Assembly (NCBI RefSeq): GCF_006345805.1
Contig: NC_043021.1
Coordinates: 7,192,001 to 7,256,000 of the forward strand
DNA from: Octopus sinensis
Lineage: Eukaryota
Direction of reading: 5' to 3'
Length of the DNA: 64,000 bases
In this document: in pieces, positions 26,314-40,000 of the stretch
Layout of the letters: each line of letters opens with the position of its first letter
Position numbering within the stretch: the stretch's first letter is position 1
The notes under the pieces: generated by a model
Seen by the model: only the letters and a program-made list of their open reading frames with translations
What the model was told of the DNA's origin: nothing
Databases searched by the model: none
Program-made: the position numbers and the translations under genes

Positions 26314-27203
26314 ATTTAATGGAATGGCGGATTCAGTAGTGTCAGGCAAAATGCTTTGTGATGTTTGTCCTGGCTCTTTAGGTTAAAATCCTGCTGAGGC
26401 TGACTTTGCCTTTCATCCTTTCGGGGTTGATAAAATTAAGTACCAGTCAAGCACTGAGGTCAATTTAATTGACTGACCCCCCCTCCTCCCAATATCTGAG
26501 GAGGCATATTTATGTTTAAAAATTATTATTATTATTATTATTATTTTGTTTTATCAGGGATTTTTGTTGGGTGTTTTTTTTTTTTGTTTTTTTTTGCTGG
26601 AGATAAAGGCTCTGCTCAAGGCTTCTGTAGGGATACCAAGACCAACGAGATCAATGCAGTTTGATTTTTTAATTATTGTTATTATCAATACAGGTGCAGA
26701 TATTGAGGTATTGTTAGCTGTTGCTCCACTGTGCCTTTGTGCCAGTTCTTGCTTCAGTTTGTCGTTTCCCTTGTTTGTTTGACAGGTGTTCAAGGAAGTG
26801 GCTCCATATCTTTTCCAGCACCTTCCAAAAGACCCATGATTGGAGTTCCAGGAGCAGAGAATGAAGCCCTTGAGGCAGCACTAGGCCTTGGAGAGTTAGC
26901 AGGACTAACGGTAGCCAACGAAGCAGACCCACAAGCTTATGATGTGAGTATGAGTTTGGTCCATTGGTCTTACTGTTTGTGCTGTGAGTGGATGTTTTAA
27001 AAGATGAATTGATAGGAAAGTTGTGTAATATGTCATTTTGTATGTGGAATTAATTATAATGGTGCTGGCATGACTGTGTTGTAAGAAGCTTGCTTTCCAA
27101 CCACATGATTCTGAGTTCAGAACCTATTGCCTGGCACCTTGGGCAACTGTCCTAACCAAAGCCTTGTGAGTGGATTTGGTAGACAGAAACTGAAAGAAGC
27201 CTA

Positions 27204-27242
<39 letters not shown>

Positions 27243-28059
27243 GTATGTATATGTGTGATGAAGGCGGCGAACTGGCAGAAACGTTAGCACGCCGGGCGAA
27301 ATGCGTTGCCGTATTTCGTCTGTCGTTACGTCCCGCGTTCAAATTCCGCCGAGGTCGACTTTGCCTTTCATCCTTCCGGGGTTGACAAATTAAGTACCAG
27401 TTACGCACTGGGGTCAATGTAATCGACCTAATCCCTTTGTCTGTCCTTGTTTGTCTCCTCTGTGTTTAACCCCTTATACATGCACACACATACAATAAGA
27501 GGCTTCCAAATAGGAAAGAGCAGTAGAAATCTCAAGACCACAAAAAGGATAAATTCACGAGAGGAATGAAAATTAAAAACGTTTACCATCTCAACTATTT
27601 CCCAGACTGCGGTTTCTAACTATTTCCAGCAAAAAGAAATATTTACTGAAGGCCAGTTTTCTTCAGTTGGACAGCCTTTAAATTTCAGACATACAGACTG
27701 CTAGATCCACATTTAAAACTAACGGTTTGTAAATCCTAACTTTTCAAACCACTACACAGACGCAGATTATACCCGGCGACAGAGAGGATGCCGGTAAAAA
27801 TTTCGAACAAATTTATCAAGCAAGTGTGAGTACACACACACATATATATGTATATATATATATATATATATTGGTAAAACGGTAAGATAACAAAAGAAAG
27901 AAAGAGACCTCAATATTATGTAAATAGAGGAAATTTATCTATACAATAATATGTTACATTACTCGATAGTCAAGATAAAACTCTGCGTTTCAGATGCCGA
28001 AGTGGAAATCCACAACACCATCTCTTCGGTTATCTGGCTATTTATATATATATATATCT

Positions 28060-28099
<40 letters not shown>

Positions 28100-31000
28100 T
28101 AATGTGTAAGAACATAGCTACAAAAGAAGGTGAAGAAAATAGCACTTGGATACTAAAGATTGAGTAAAATATAGTGTTTCTCTCTTTGTTGAACATATAC
28201 TTTAAGTGTTCCTAACTATTTTGCCAATTTTACTCACTGTTGTGATTTTCTTGATCAGTGGCCACAGATGTCACTTAATGCCCAGTTTATTTATTATTTA
28301 TCTTTTTGGTCGGGTGGGTGAGTGGGGGCATAATTTTTGCTATATTCTACATAATATATAATCTCTTTAGCTTATTATCTTCTTTGTTTCCCTGCTGGCA
28401 GAATCATTAGTACTCTGAGCAAAATGTTTAGCAGCATTTCATCCATCTTCATCGTTCTGAAATGTGACCAAGATCGACTTTGTCTTACATCCTTTTGGGG
28501 TTGATAAAATAAGTACCAGTTGCACACTGGAGTTGTTGTATTCGATGAGTCCCCTCCCACCAAATTTCAGGCCTTGTACCTTTAGCAGAAAGGATTATTA
28601 TTATTATTATTAGGAGGTGAGGTGGCAGAATTCTTAGCATGCTGGGCAAAATGCTTTGTGGCATTTGTTTCTGACTTCATGTTGTGAGTTGAAATGCCAT
28701 TGGAGTTGACTTTGCTTTTCATCCTTTCGAGTTTGATAAATTAAGTATGAGTGAAACACTGGGGGTGGGGTGGGGGTGATATAATTGACTAGTCCCCACC
28801 TCACAAATCTGAGGCCTTGTGCCTCCAGTAGAAAGGATTGTTGTTATTATTGTTATTATTATAATTATTATTTTCATTATTATTATTATTATTGAGTTCA
28901 AACTCTGTCAAGGTTGACTGTGCCTTTCATCCTTTCAAAGTTGATAAAATAAGCACCAGTTGAGTACTGGGGTCAATGTAATCAACTTAGCCCTCTCTGA
29001 AAATTAGTGGCCTTGTGCCAAAATTTGAAATTACTATTGTTAGAATCGTTAGCATTCTGGACAAAATGCTATGTTCTGGGTTCAGATTCTGCCAAAGTCA
29101 ACTTCACCTTTCATCCTTTTTCGGGGTTGATAAATTAAGTAACAGTGAAACACTGGGATTGATGTAATTGACTAGTCTCCTCCCTATAAATTTGGAGGCC
29201 TTGTGCCTCCAGTGGAAAGGATCATTATTTATTTATTTATTTATATATTTATCTAGATATCAGCTCCGAAAGAGGTTTTTCGAAAAACCTGGAATGCCAA
29301 ATATACATTGCGAAGGTAAGAACTCTTTTACATTAGTTGATTGTTTATTTATTTATTTTTTGATCACTCTCTTTCTTCTTCTATATTTTCTTTCCTTTTT
29401 TTTCATTCTCTTTTTTGTCTCCTTTTCTTCCTATCTATCTCCATTTCATCTTCTTCATTCTTCTTGCTAACAATAATAATGTTCCTCTTTTTTTCTTTTC
29501 CAGCCATTTTGATGGAGTTAGGTCATTAGCATTCCATCCCATAGACCCTGTATTAATAACAGCATCAGAGGATCACACTTTGAAATTATGGAATCTTCAG
29601 AAAACAGTTCCAGCCAAAAAGTAAGTATGTTTGTGTGTGTTAGTGTGGGTGTGTGTCTTGCAATGCATTTATATGTATGTCACCTCACCAGTCCTGCTGC
29701 CTTCAAAAGAACACTGAATATACTTTGTAATGCTGTGAAAGAACACCCAGCCAAAACAGACATTGGGGCTTGGTGCAGTTCTCAGGCTTGATGGTTTCAG
29801 TCAAACCATACAACCCATGGTGGCATAGAAACTGGACATCAAATAATAGTTTCAAATTTTGCCACAAGGGCAGCAGTTTTGCAGTGACAGGATGAGCTGG
29901 CAGAAACGATAGCACGCCGGGCAAAACGCGTAGCCATATTTTGTCTGCCGTTACGTTCCGAGTTCAAATTCCACCGGGGTTGACTTAGCCTTTCATCCTT
30001 TCAGGGTTGATAAATTAAGTACCAGTTACACACTGGGGTCGATGTAATCAGCGTAATCCGTTTGTCTGTCCTTGTTTGTCCCCTCTGTGTTTAGCCTCTT
30101 GTGGGTAGTAAAGAAATAGGATGAGTCGATTACATCAACCCCAGTGTTTAACTGGTACTTATTTACTCGACCCCGAAAGGATGAAAGCAAAGTCGACCTC
30201 AGTGGAATTTGAACTCAAAATGTAGTGACAGGTGAAATACTGCTAAGCATTTAATCCAGCATGCTAAAGATTCTGCCAGCTTTCCACCTTAACTGGATAT
30301 TAAATAATGATGATGATTATGTGTATGTATGCGTGCATTTGTGTGTGCACGCATGTTTGAGTGAGAGTTTATTCTTGTACTTGTTTCAGTCATTTGACTG
30401 CAGCCATGCTGGAGCACCACCTTAAAAGGTTTTTAGTCAAAGAAATTTACCCCAGGACTTAGTCTTTGTAAGCCTAGTACTTCTTCTATTGGTCTCTTTT
30501 GCCAAATTGCTAAGTTACAAGGACATAAACACACCAACATCAGTTGTCAAGTGATGGTGGTGGGACAAACTGAGACACAAATAAACACACATATATGCAT
30601 ACAACAAGCTTCTTTCAGTTTCCATCTACCAAATCCACTCACAAGGCTTTGGTGAGGCAAAGCTATAATAGAAGGCACTTACCCAAGGTATCATGCAGTT
30701 GGACTGAACTTAGAAACATGTGGTTGAGAAGCAAGCTTCTTACCACACAGCCAAGCCTGGTATATTTTTAGTGCATTTGTGTATGAGTTTGTGTACATGA
30801 GTGCTTTTCTACGTATGTATGTGTGTGTGTCTGTCTGCATATTTAAGTACCTTTATAAGAGTGGTTGGCTGTCAGTGAAGCAAATATGTAACATTCTAAG
30901 CAAAAATTCATTGTAGATCAATAAATTGCCTCTGCTTAAAGCTTTAAATATTTCTTCTCATTGTCGACAAACAAAAAAAACTAATGTTTTAGAAATTCTA

Positions 31001-34000
31001 ATTTATTTCTTATCCAATATTCAGTCCTTCCCAAATGGGGTACTTTTTACCACAGTCACCTGCTGAAAAGCCATTCCATGCTTGCTATGTTTCTGTTTTA
31101 CTAAGCAAAATTCATTGTTGTTGTGGCAAATTAACAAAGTTATATATTAATATATATTAAGGCAGTAAGCTGGCAGAATCATTAGCACAGTGGGCAAAAT
31201 GCTTAGTGGCATTATGTCTGGCTTTACATTCTGGGTTCAAATTCCACCAAGGTTGACTTTGCGTTTCATCTTTTTGGGGTCAATAAAATGAGTCCTTGTT
31301 GAACACTGGGGTTGACTTACCTCCTCCTCTGAAATTTCTGGCCTTGTGCCAGAATTTGAAATCATATATTAATGTATGTATTTATTGTATTTATTGATAT
31401 ATTATTGTATATAATTATTGATTTTTTTTTTTCTTGTCTCTCTATCAACAGGACCGCTTCAGTGGATGTTGAACCAGTGTATACATTTCGAGCCCATGAA
31501 GGTCCTGTGTTATGCCTTGCTGTTAGCCCTACTGGAGAACAATGTTACAGTGGTGGTGTGGATAACACTATCCGCTGTTGGAATATCCCAATCTCTAGTA
31601 TTGACCCCTATGATTCTTTTGGTAAGCTCCCATGTTTTTTTGTTTTTTTTAAATTCTCATGTTTTTGTTCTTATTTGTTCTATTGCCTTTTTTTTTTTAA
31701 CTGGTATGGCTGTGTGGCTTCCCAACCACATGGCTCCAGATTCAGTCCCACAGCGTAACACCTTGGGCAAGTATCTTCTACTGTAGCCTCAGGCTGATTA
31801 AAGCCTTGCGAGTAGTAGACGGAATCTTGTGAGTGGCAGATGGAATCTGAAAGAAGCCCATCGTATACACATGTATGTATGTGTGTGTGTCTTTTTGTCT
31901 GTATTTGTCCCCCGCCACTGCTTGACAACTGGTGTTAGTGTGTTTACATCCCTGTAACTTAGTGTTACTCTGATATGTATTGATGTTTTTCAATATTGTT
32001 CCCCCCTACAAACACATTTAATGGAATGATGATGCACCTGAGGGTGGTCCATTGCTGGGATTTAAGTGAAAAATTTGAACTGTCCATGTTTTAAACTCTG
32101 ATTTTTAAAAAAATTTGAAAAAGAGTGGAACTCTTATGATTTAATGGGGGTAAGGTTTAAGAAAATTAAAATGGAAAAAAAAAATTTTTTTTTTCATAAT
32201 CATAGGAATTCCTGTTTGTAGGACACATACACAAAATTTTTCTGAAAACTCCTCAAACTAAAAGAAGTTATGAGAGGTTATATACAGTGCTTAAACCAGA
32301 ATTTCACCAAACTTTGTGTATATGCATACAAGTCATTTAAAAACTTTTTTTTCTCTTCTCTAGATTGCTCAGTTCTGCAAGAAACTTTAGTTGGTCACAC
32401 AGATGCTGTATGGGGCTTGTCAATACACAGTTCCAGGTCACAGCTGTTGTCTTGCTCTGCAGATGGCTCAGTTAGATTGTGGAGCCCTGGCAGTAAAGAC
32501 CCTTTACTGTCAGTGTTTAAAGTTGACACCGGTAAGTATCATGGTAATTTTGGTTCACGTTCCTGACATTCCAGGAGGGAAATGCCTTGTGTGGACAAGA
32601 TATTGAGTTGTTAGCAACATTGTACATACTTAAATTATCAATAAAGGGCTTCATTACCTTGAGGAGAAGATCTAAAAGATAGTTCAGAAACAAAAACTAT
32701 ACCAGTCAATTCTTGCTGCTATGATATATAAAATATCAGCATCTTTCCAGATTCTGAAGTTGCAAATAGCCTTATTAGGCTTATTAAAATTTTACTATTA
32801 GTGACAGAAGCAGCATTAGTACCAAAAGATAATCTTTGTATCCAACTTAACATGGATGCTTTGTTAGAACATTGACTACAGTGTTATTAGGTTTGTAAGA
32901 TCTTCTCATATAGGTACTTGGTATATAAAACTACACACATAGATTGTAGCAGACAAAATTCATTCATCATGATTGCTGAAATTTCCATATCACATGATTT
33001 TGGTCTATTGGACCTCATCAGTGGGAACCAAAAATCACTGCAAGCCAGTTTGGGGTTGATAAAATAAGTACAAGTTTAGCACTAGGGTCAATATAATCGA
33101 CTTACTCCCTCCCATAAAATTGCTGACCTTGTGCCAAAATTTGAAATCAATATTTTATAAATGGTAGTCGTAGGCAGTGATATTTGTTGTATGAGTGTCA
33201 GCATTGCTGCTGCTGCTAAATGTTATTGTAACACTCCATCCAGTAATAAGGCAAACACTGATTTACCTCCCCTCCTCTCTATACACTTACCGTGTGTGTG
33301 TGTGTATATACAAACATAAACTGTTATGGAACCCTGTTCATTATATGAGTAATTGAAATAGATATGAATAGGAGTAATCAATTCCAAGCCACATCCAAAC
33401 TCCACATAGAGGTATGAAGTGATGTTTTATTTGTGCATCTATCACTCTAAAAAGGGTAAAGACCCCCTTCGGTCATGAATGACCATGGGATTGCACCTAG
33501 AAAGTTACCCTCTGAGGCACAAGTCTGGGCAAGGTTGTTTATGGAAGACCAGCAGATGCCCATGCATACAAGCCTCCCCTCTCCACGCCACCAGTGTTAT
33601 CCAAGGGTAAAGCAAAGGGGCTGATACAGCTTGACACCAGTTACATCACAACTCATTTCTGTTGCTGAGCAAAGTGGAACAACATGAAATAAAGTGCCTT
33701 AATCAAGAACACAAGACACAAGAATCGAACTCATTGCCTCATAATTGTGAGCCCCTACGTTCTAACCAGTGATCAGTTGCAAATACATAAATATGTAGGT
33801 AAATATGTATGTGTGTGTTTTCCTGGTGTTACATTTGTTGATCCCTGCTTTTTGTTTTTAGCAAAAAATATTTTCATATTTTCTATATAAAATATGAAAA
33901 TACGCAGTCTACATGAAATACATATGTGGACATTAGTGAACTGTTTGTAAATGCTCCCCTGGTCACTTATGTGAGTGCATAGACTACTTGTGGTTTGTTG

Positions 34001-37000
34001 TTCAAATTACAGCTTGTTAGTCCTCATGCTGGTGCTATATTAAAAGCACCCAGCACTCACTGTAAAGTGGTTGGCATTAGGAAAGGCATCCAGCTGTAAA
34101 AAAAACGAACTAAATCGAGCTGGAACCTGGTGCAGCTCTCTGGTTTGCTAGCTCTGGTCACACTGTCCAATCCATGCCAGTATGGAAAATGGACATTAAT
34201 GGATGATTTTATCTTCTGTCCATTGCTCAAAAATCTTTTGTCACACATCTGTGACCTCTTTAGTTACTTTTTCCATCCACATGTATCCTCCTGCTCTACA
34301 TAGTCCATTTGCTAAAGAGGTCACAGATGCATGATGAATGTTTTGTGTTCAATGGACATAAGATAAAATAGGAACAGTAATAAACAAGTAAAGAATGAAT
34401 ATATAATAACAATGTTTGCTATACAATTTGCTTGTTTAGAATAGTATTTGTATTTGCTCTCCCAGGACTTATACATTTGCATATCTACTCATGGCTTGTT
34501 GTTTAAATTTCAAATCATAAATAACTGGAATCTCTGTTAATTATGCAATTGTGTGTGTAGTTTGCTCCTAGTTTATTTCAGAAAAACTGTTTGTTATTCA
34601 ACTTCTTTGTTTAGAGAACTGGCTGTATACGTATACCAACATATAATTTATATATATTTATATCTATTTCAGATGATGGGGTTCCTACATCTGTTGACTA
34701 TGTATGCTGTGATCCAAGTCAAATGGTCACCTCCTATACATCATCTCATACATACATTTTTGATATAGAGACAAAGAAACAAATTCTAAAACTTGACACT
34801 AAGCAAAATTCAGGTTGGTTCCTCTCTCTTCTTATTTCTTGCTTTTTTTAAGTTCATTTTTTTCTTTCTTTTTTTTATTTTTCTCTTTTTTCATTTTTGT
34901 CATCATTTTTCTTTTTCAGTCTCTCATTTCCTCCTCTGTCCTTTTTTCTTTTCTTTCGTCTTTATCTTCCTTTCTTTACACTGATGATAACCCAATAATT
35001 CCAATTCTGTTCCAGATCCTAGTTTAAACAATCAGATCAACAGAGTTATCAACCATCCTACATTACCTGTAACTATTACTGCTCATGAAGATAGGCATAT
35101 TAGGTTTTTTGACAACCACACAGGTAAGATAAACCTTGATAATAGACCTTTGCACACAATGGCCACTTTTAAATTTATGTTTGCTGCTGTTTATCAAATA
35201 TCAGTAAACACACACATACACAAAAACAAATTTAAATCTAATCTTGGTTTTTAATGTCCATTTGTTTTCATGCTTAGTCAGATGTCTTCTGTGAATATCT
35301 TCTGTGAAACCTTGTATCCTGAGATCAACCCTCATCCCTGCCACTTCCTGTCTATGTCTTTCATGATAGTTTAATCAGATCACAGTTGTCTCTTCTTCTC
35401 ACTTCTGTTGATGCCTTCACCAACTTCTCTCATCTTCCTTGTGTTCCCACTTTCATACATTTTAATATTACAGATACTATTTAAGGGGGCAAGTTAGCAC
35501 ACTGGGCAAAATGCTTAATGGCCTGTTGTCTGTCTTTGGGCAGGCATCTTCTACTGTAGTCCTAGCCTCACCAAAACCTTGTGAGTGCATTTGGCAGATG
35601 GAGACTGAAAGAATCATCCTGTCGTGTGTGTCTTTGTTTCCTATTCTTGACATTGTGTGTTAGTTGTAAATGAGTGTTTTTGTCATGCCAGCAATGTCGT
35701 TTATTTCTAATATTCTATGAAAACATGTCTTGCCATGGGGGAAATATTATGTTGCTTGGAAACAGGTGGGGGGATTTGCAGCAGGGAGGACATTCAGCTG
35801 AAGAAAGTTTTCCTCTCTCAGTAAACGCTGCCCATCCCATATGGAAAAGTGGACATTAAAACAATGATGGTGATGGTCATTCAGATAATGTGCACTTCAT
35901 TCCTCTTCAACATTCACACATCCATCATCATTATCATCATCATCATCATCATCATATTATTATTATTATTATTATTATTAATAATAATAATAATAATAAT
36001 AGGCGGCGGCGACCTGGCAGAATTGTTACCACGCTGAGCAAAATGCTTAGCAACATTTCGTTTGTCTTTATGTTCTGGGTTCAAATTCCACTGACATTTA
36101 CTTCATTTTATCTTTTTGGTGTTGATAAATTAAATGCCAGGGTCAATGTAATCAGCTTACCCGCTTCCCCCAAAATTGCTGACCCTGTGCCAAAATTTGT
36201 AACTTTTTCTTTTTGTAGTTTGTTAGCATAACTTAGACGAAATTTTATTGAGACAAACTTTCTCTTTTGGGGCTTGTGCAAGAAAACACTTGCCTATAGA
36301 ACAGACTATAGGACCTGGTGTGGCTCATGGCCTTGCTAGTTCTTGTCAAGCCATCCAACCCATGCCAACATGGAAGAAGGATGTTAAATGATGATGCTGA
36401 TGATGATTACTTTCAACATAATCATCGTCACCAGCATTATTGTCTTCACTCTCATTGCTATGTTCACCAGCATCAGTATCACTGTCATCATCATCATCAA
36501 CATCATCATTATTGTTGCCCACAATAAATAACTATTCTCCGTGTCGATCAACTAAATATGTTTCTTTTTTTTCTGTTTTAGGAAAAATGGTTCATTCGAT
36601 GGTTGCCCATTTAGATCCCGTGACTAGCCTGGCTGTTGACCCCAGTGGCTTGTATCTCTTATCAGGGAGTAAGTATTGATAAATACCTCCTTCTTTTTAA
36701 TCCTTTCAGCGTGTTCAATATCAAGTTTCACAATAATATTAAAGCATTTTATACTGTCTGTTTATATTATGTAAGTTAGTGTTAACACATTTATTAACAA
36801 TGACCATTAAAAAAATTAACAGGAAATATACAGTTAGACAGTTGAGTATTAACATATCTAGTTGATAGCTAAGTCATTTTGTTTTTTTTTTTTTATTTTT
36901 ATATATGTGCTGGTTTAGAAAGCAGTAGCCTTGAGTGGTTTGTGGCCTTGAGTCTCTCTGAATAATGATGAGATTAATGCCATTTGTGTTCCTCTTGAAT

Positions 37001-40000
37001 AATTTCTAATCAGCATGTGCAGGGAAAGAAATAAAGCAGAGAGAAAGTTCCAGGAGGATAATGTCCTGGGAAGGAAGGAAGGATTGTGTATTATGATTAG
37101 TGCAGAGTTTGGTTTGGTGTAGAACACAAGAAAAGGAATGAAAAGAGAAGAAGACATATAGGTCAGGAATGTGCGCGAGTGTAGGAATAATGAACCTTGC
37201 AGTTCTGAGGAACATATCTGATGTAAAGAGCCTTTAAAAAAGATAACCGAAAATATAGATATTGGTCAGAATGACGGACAGACAGACAAGCAAGCAGATA
37301 GAGAGATGTAGAGAAGAAAGTGAGAGGAGGGTGAAATGAAATAAAAGTATAAATTATATAAAAAATGTGAAAAACATCTGTGGTACAGGGAAATCTCCAG
37401 TGAGGGCCTGTCAAGAAACCCCACAAATCCAGGATTACTTCAATCACCAAGGACTTAAGCCCATGCCCAACTGTGGTTCTCTAATCTGCAGGCATATGCA
37501 TAGAGTAGAGAGCCATTCTCTCTAACCATGTTTGCCAGTCATTTGTTGAATTCACTGGGAGAGGGCACCTCCACCCTCAACTTTCCAAGTTGCTGAGGGA
37601 TTGATTGAAAAGGAAAGCATATTTCCTCAATCCTTGCAGCCTCATGCACCACACTACGTTTTTTTGCCACAGCCACTACACAGAGGAACATTGGCTGCCC
37701 TGCTTTGTTAAAACATGGTTAATGGAGCAATCCTCATGATGGACTTGGCCAATAGTCATATTTGTCATTCATGCTACAAGAGCTGTTTGATATAACTCCT
37801 CAAGTGAACAATGCTCAGACACTGCACAATTGCGCACAGGTGTGATAGTGTGGTATGGCGGTGAGCTGGCAGAACCATTAGCACGCCGGGCGAAATGTGT
37901 AGCCGTATTTCGTCTGCCGTTACGTTCTGAGTTCAAATTTCGACTTTGCCTTTCATCCTTTCGGGGTCAATAAATTAAGTACCAGTTACACACTGGGGTC
38001 GATCTAATCGACTTAATCCCTTGTTTGTCCCCTCTATGTTTAGCCCCTTGTGGGCAATAAAAAAAATAAGAAGCTTGCCTCCCAACCACATGGTTCTGTG
38101 TCTAGTCTCACTGCATGGCTACTTGGGCCAGTGTATTCTGCTATAGCCTTGGGCTGACCACAGCCTTGTGAGTGGATTTGCTAGATGGAAACTGAAAGAA
38201 GTCCGTCATACACACACACAAATATACATATATCTGTGTGTGTTTGTCTGGCACCATCACTTGACAACTGGCATTGGTGTATTTATGTCCCTGTAACTTA
38301 GCAGTTTAGCGAAAGAAACCGATAGAAAAAGTACTAGGTTTTATAAAATATATCCTTGGCTTGATTTGTTTGACAAAATCCTTCAGTGCAGTACCCCAGC
38401 ATGGCTGCAGTCAAATGACTAAAAAGAAATAAAAAAGCATATTTTGAGCAGTCCTAGCTAAGAGCTACCAGAAACGTTAGCACGCCGGGCGAAATGCGTA
38501 GCCGTATTTCGTCTGTCATTACGTTCTGAGTTCAAATTCCGCCGAGGTCGACTTTGCCTTTCATCCTTTCGGGGTCGAAAAAATTAAGTACCAGTTACGC
38601 ACTGGGGTCGATGTAATCGACTTAATCCCTTTGTCTGTCCTTGTTTGTTCCCTCTGTGTTTAGCCCCTTGTGGGCAGTAAAGAAATATATATAAGACCAT
38701 TGATTGTTTTTAGTTTGTGAATGGCCAGACGAAATGTCTTGCAATATTTAATTATGTCCCTTTGTACTCTGAATTAAAATCTAACCATGGGCAACTTTGC
38801 CTTTATTCTTCTGTGGTTGATAAATTACGTACCAGTCATGTATTGAGGTCAATCTGATCAGCTGTTCCCTATACTCCAAATTTGCGTCTATATTAGAAAT
38901 TAATGTATTATCATTCTTCTGGTACATAAGGGAGACAACTCCAGACATGTAATTTATACCTAGTAGCTGATGTTAGTCTCCAATTCTATCAATAGTCAAT
39001 AGCAGTCAGCTGTTAATAGTCTCACCAATACATATATAAGGGTGGTTTAAAGGTGATAACAAGCTGGAGTAGTGGGGGAGCATCATAGTGATGTGTTGAG
39101 AGAGATTCTTTGCGATTTGAATAATCTCGCCCACTGGCTGTCGACAGTCAATAACAGTTGTATTCTGTACCAATCGGTAATTAGTAGCAGTTCCTCCCAT
39201 TAGCTGTCAGCAGTTGATAGCAGTTCCACCTTGTTGCAGACAGCTGTCAATAGCACTTCCACTCTGCAGCAGTCAGGTTTTTCTGACCTCCTCATTGACT
39301 TCACTGTATTGGGAAAAATAATGATGAATAAATCATTAAGGAAATATATGCACCACCAGTGGAGCAAAATGTAATTACTCAACCTGCTTGAATTTGCAGC
39401 CAGATCCCTCCCAGATCTCACCAAACCATCTGAAAAAGGCAAGATTATTCAGTTTTAGATAGAATTATTTGGAAAAAGCAAGTTTTTATGGTCAAAGCTT
39501 TGGTCATCATATGTCCTTAGTCAGAAATGACATCAGGTTAAACACTGATCTTGTTTTAGTCATTAGACTGCAGCCATGCTGGGGCACTGCCTTGAAGGAC
39601 TTTAGTTAGTTAGTTAGTTAGTTAATTTTTTGGCTCAAAAAGCAGAAAGCAAGGCCATGTAGGGGGACATGGAGTTATGTACAGGGTGGTGTTCATGTAA
39701 AGAGTTCAGGCCACTTGAGGTCAAGGGAGACTTTGAACAAAGCGGTCGTCGGTATCTTCACCATCTTGTCTGGCAGCTTGTTCCACGGATCCGCAACCCG
39801 GACGGAGAAGCCCCTCTCCTTCGATGAGATGAAATCATCGCAGATAGAGCTTTTCGGAGTGACTCCGCAGCCGACGCTCTGGAGCAGGAGTGAAGAACAG
39901 CTCTTTCAAGAGGTTACACTTTCCGCTTATGATGTTGTGAGCGAGAATGATATCACCACGGCGGCGGCGTTTTAGTCAAACAAATTGACTCCGTCAGTCT

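Noticed and set aside
25967-26386. Long poly-I/L/Y ORFs, and similar H/T, C/V and Y/I ORFs at 41357-42045 and 52592-55068
   Set aside because: Translations of (ATT)n, (CA)n and (AT)n microsatellites; no coding signal
36612-36614. Pro in AHLDPVTSL where vertebrate striatins have Ala
   Set aside because: I recall Pro here in Drosophila Cka, so it is probably a shared protostome state rather than a novelty; unverified
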